Origin: an uncultured Omnitrophica bacterium
GTDB lineage: Bacteria; Omnitrophota; Gorgyraeia; JACQQV01
Assembly: GCA_947085655.1 (NCBI GenBank)
Contig: CAMTXH010000005.1
Location: 6,110-70,109 of the forward strand
Length of the DNA stretch: 64,000 bases
Reading direction: 5' to 3'
Shown one piece after another: positions 63,195 through 64,000 of this stretch. Every line of letters starts with the position of its first letter. Within the stretch, counting starts at the first letter, position 1. Position numbers and translations under genes: made by a program. Below the pieces are notes generated by a model, which did not search any database, had not been told where the DNA came from, and worked only from the letters and a program-made list of their open reading frames with translations.

Positions 63195-64000
63195 AAAAGC
63201 GATTTCTCATCCTTTGGATATGCTTCCTCGTGACCCCTCTTTTTCCCCGTTGGGTGGCAGCGCAGGAATCTTCTTCCCGAGTTGTCCGGGCGATTGAAAT
63301 CCGGGGGAATCGGATTGTCAGCGCGGATTCGGCCCTTGCCAAAATGAAAACCAGAACGGGGAGTTTCTTTTCCCAGGAGGTTCTGGATGAGGACCTGAAG
63401 CGTCTTTACCGGACCGGATTCTTCACCGACATCCAGATGGATGTGGAGGACGTTCCGGACGGTGTGAAAGTAGTCGTGAAGGTCTCGGAGCAGCCGGTGA
63501 TTGCCGAAATCAAGTTCTCCGGAAACCGGGCCCTGCGGGACAAGGCCCTGTTGAAAATGATCCAGGTCAAACTCAAGGAATTTCTGGATCACGCACGGCT
63601 CCGGAAAGATGCGGCCGCTCTCACGCAGGCGTACTTGGACAAAGGATTTTCGCGGGCCGATGTTTCGTACGATATCGCGCTTCGGGAGGGGAACGAGGCG
63701 GCGGTGACATTTCAAATCGAGGAAGGCGAGCGCGTCCGGATCAAGAAAATTGTCATCGAGGGGAACAAGGCCTTTCCGAAAAAGCGGATTCGTAAACTCA
63801 TCAAAACCAAAGAGGATTCACTCTTTTCATCCGGCCTTTTAAAAGAACAGGTCGCGGAGGAGGATCTGGAGCGGATCTCCGCTTTTTATCGGGGGCAGGG
63901 GTATCTGGATGTCATCGTGAACCGTCATATCGAATACGATACGGCCGGCAAACGCATTTTTCTTCGGTTTACCATTGACGAGGGGAAACAATATCTGGTC
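63191..64000 (+). CDS. bamA: Outer-membrane protein assembly factor BamA (5' part, runs off the window)
   Basis: GTG overlapping the dnaB stop; signal peptide then POTRA repeats (IEIRGN, DLKRLYRTGFF, IKFSGN, IVIEGN). Confidence 0.9.
   Translation, partial: MKKRFLILWICFLVTPLFPRWVAAQESSSRVVRAIEIRGNRIVSADSALAKMKTRTGSFFSQEVLDEDLKRLYRTGFFTDIQMDVEDVPDGVKVVVKVSEQPVIAEIKFSGNRALRDKALLKMIQVKLKEFLDHARLRKDAAALTQAYLDKGFSRADVSYDIALREGNEAAVTFQIEEGERVRIKKIVIEGNKAFPKKRIRKLIKTKEDSLFSSGLLKEQVAEEDLERISAFYRGQGYLDVIVNRHIEYDTAGKRIFLRFTIDEGKQYLV

Overview
A gene-dense, mostly core-genome window from a moderately GC-rich diderm bacterium (BamA, TonB-dependent receptor, porin). Gene order and a zinc-ribbon SpoVG are consistent with a PVC-group lineage such as Omnitrophota, but that is inference only. 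In order, it holds: a MoxR/DUF58/Bat (VWA-TPR) operon; a cobalamin riboswitch ahead of a TonB-dependent receptor and a small membrane transporter; salvage and redox genes; an FtsH-like protease paired with a lipoprotein; pgm-eno-ftsB; nfeD-SPFH; a long pur operon running into tsaC-PTP-rpiB-glyA-nrdR; hisG; split transketolase; and the ispE-spoVG-tRNA-clpX-glmU-prs-rplY-pth-rpsF-ssb-rpsR-rplI-dnaB-bamA cluster. I saw no CRISPR array, integrase or transposase. The interesting signal is non-coding. (1) The initiator tRNA-Met gene is split by a 284-nt ORF-less group I intron. (2) All three tRNA genes are flanked by an inverted copy of part of their own sequence (weakest at tRNA-fMet). Two also have a direct duplication of a tRNA end enclosing small structured inserts. 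(3) A dispersed family of hairpins with tandem G.A mismatches occurs in those inserts, in intergenic spacers and inside the intron. (4) There is a 118-bp MITE-like element and GGGAC...GTCCC REP-like palindromes. All product calls come from motif recognition by eye, not database searches.
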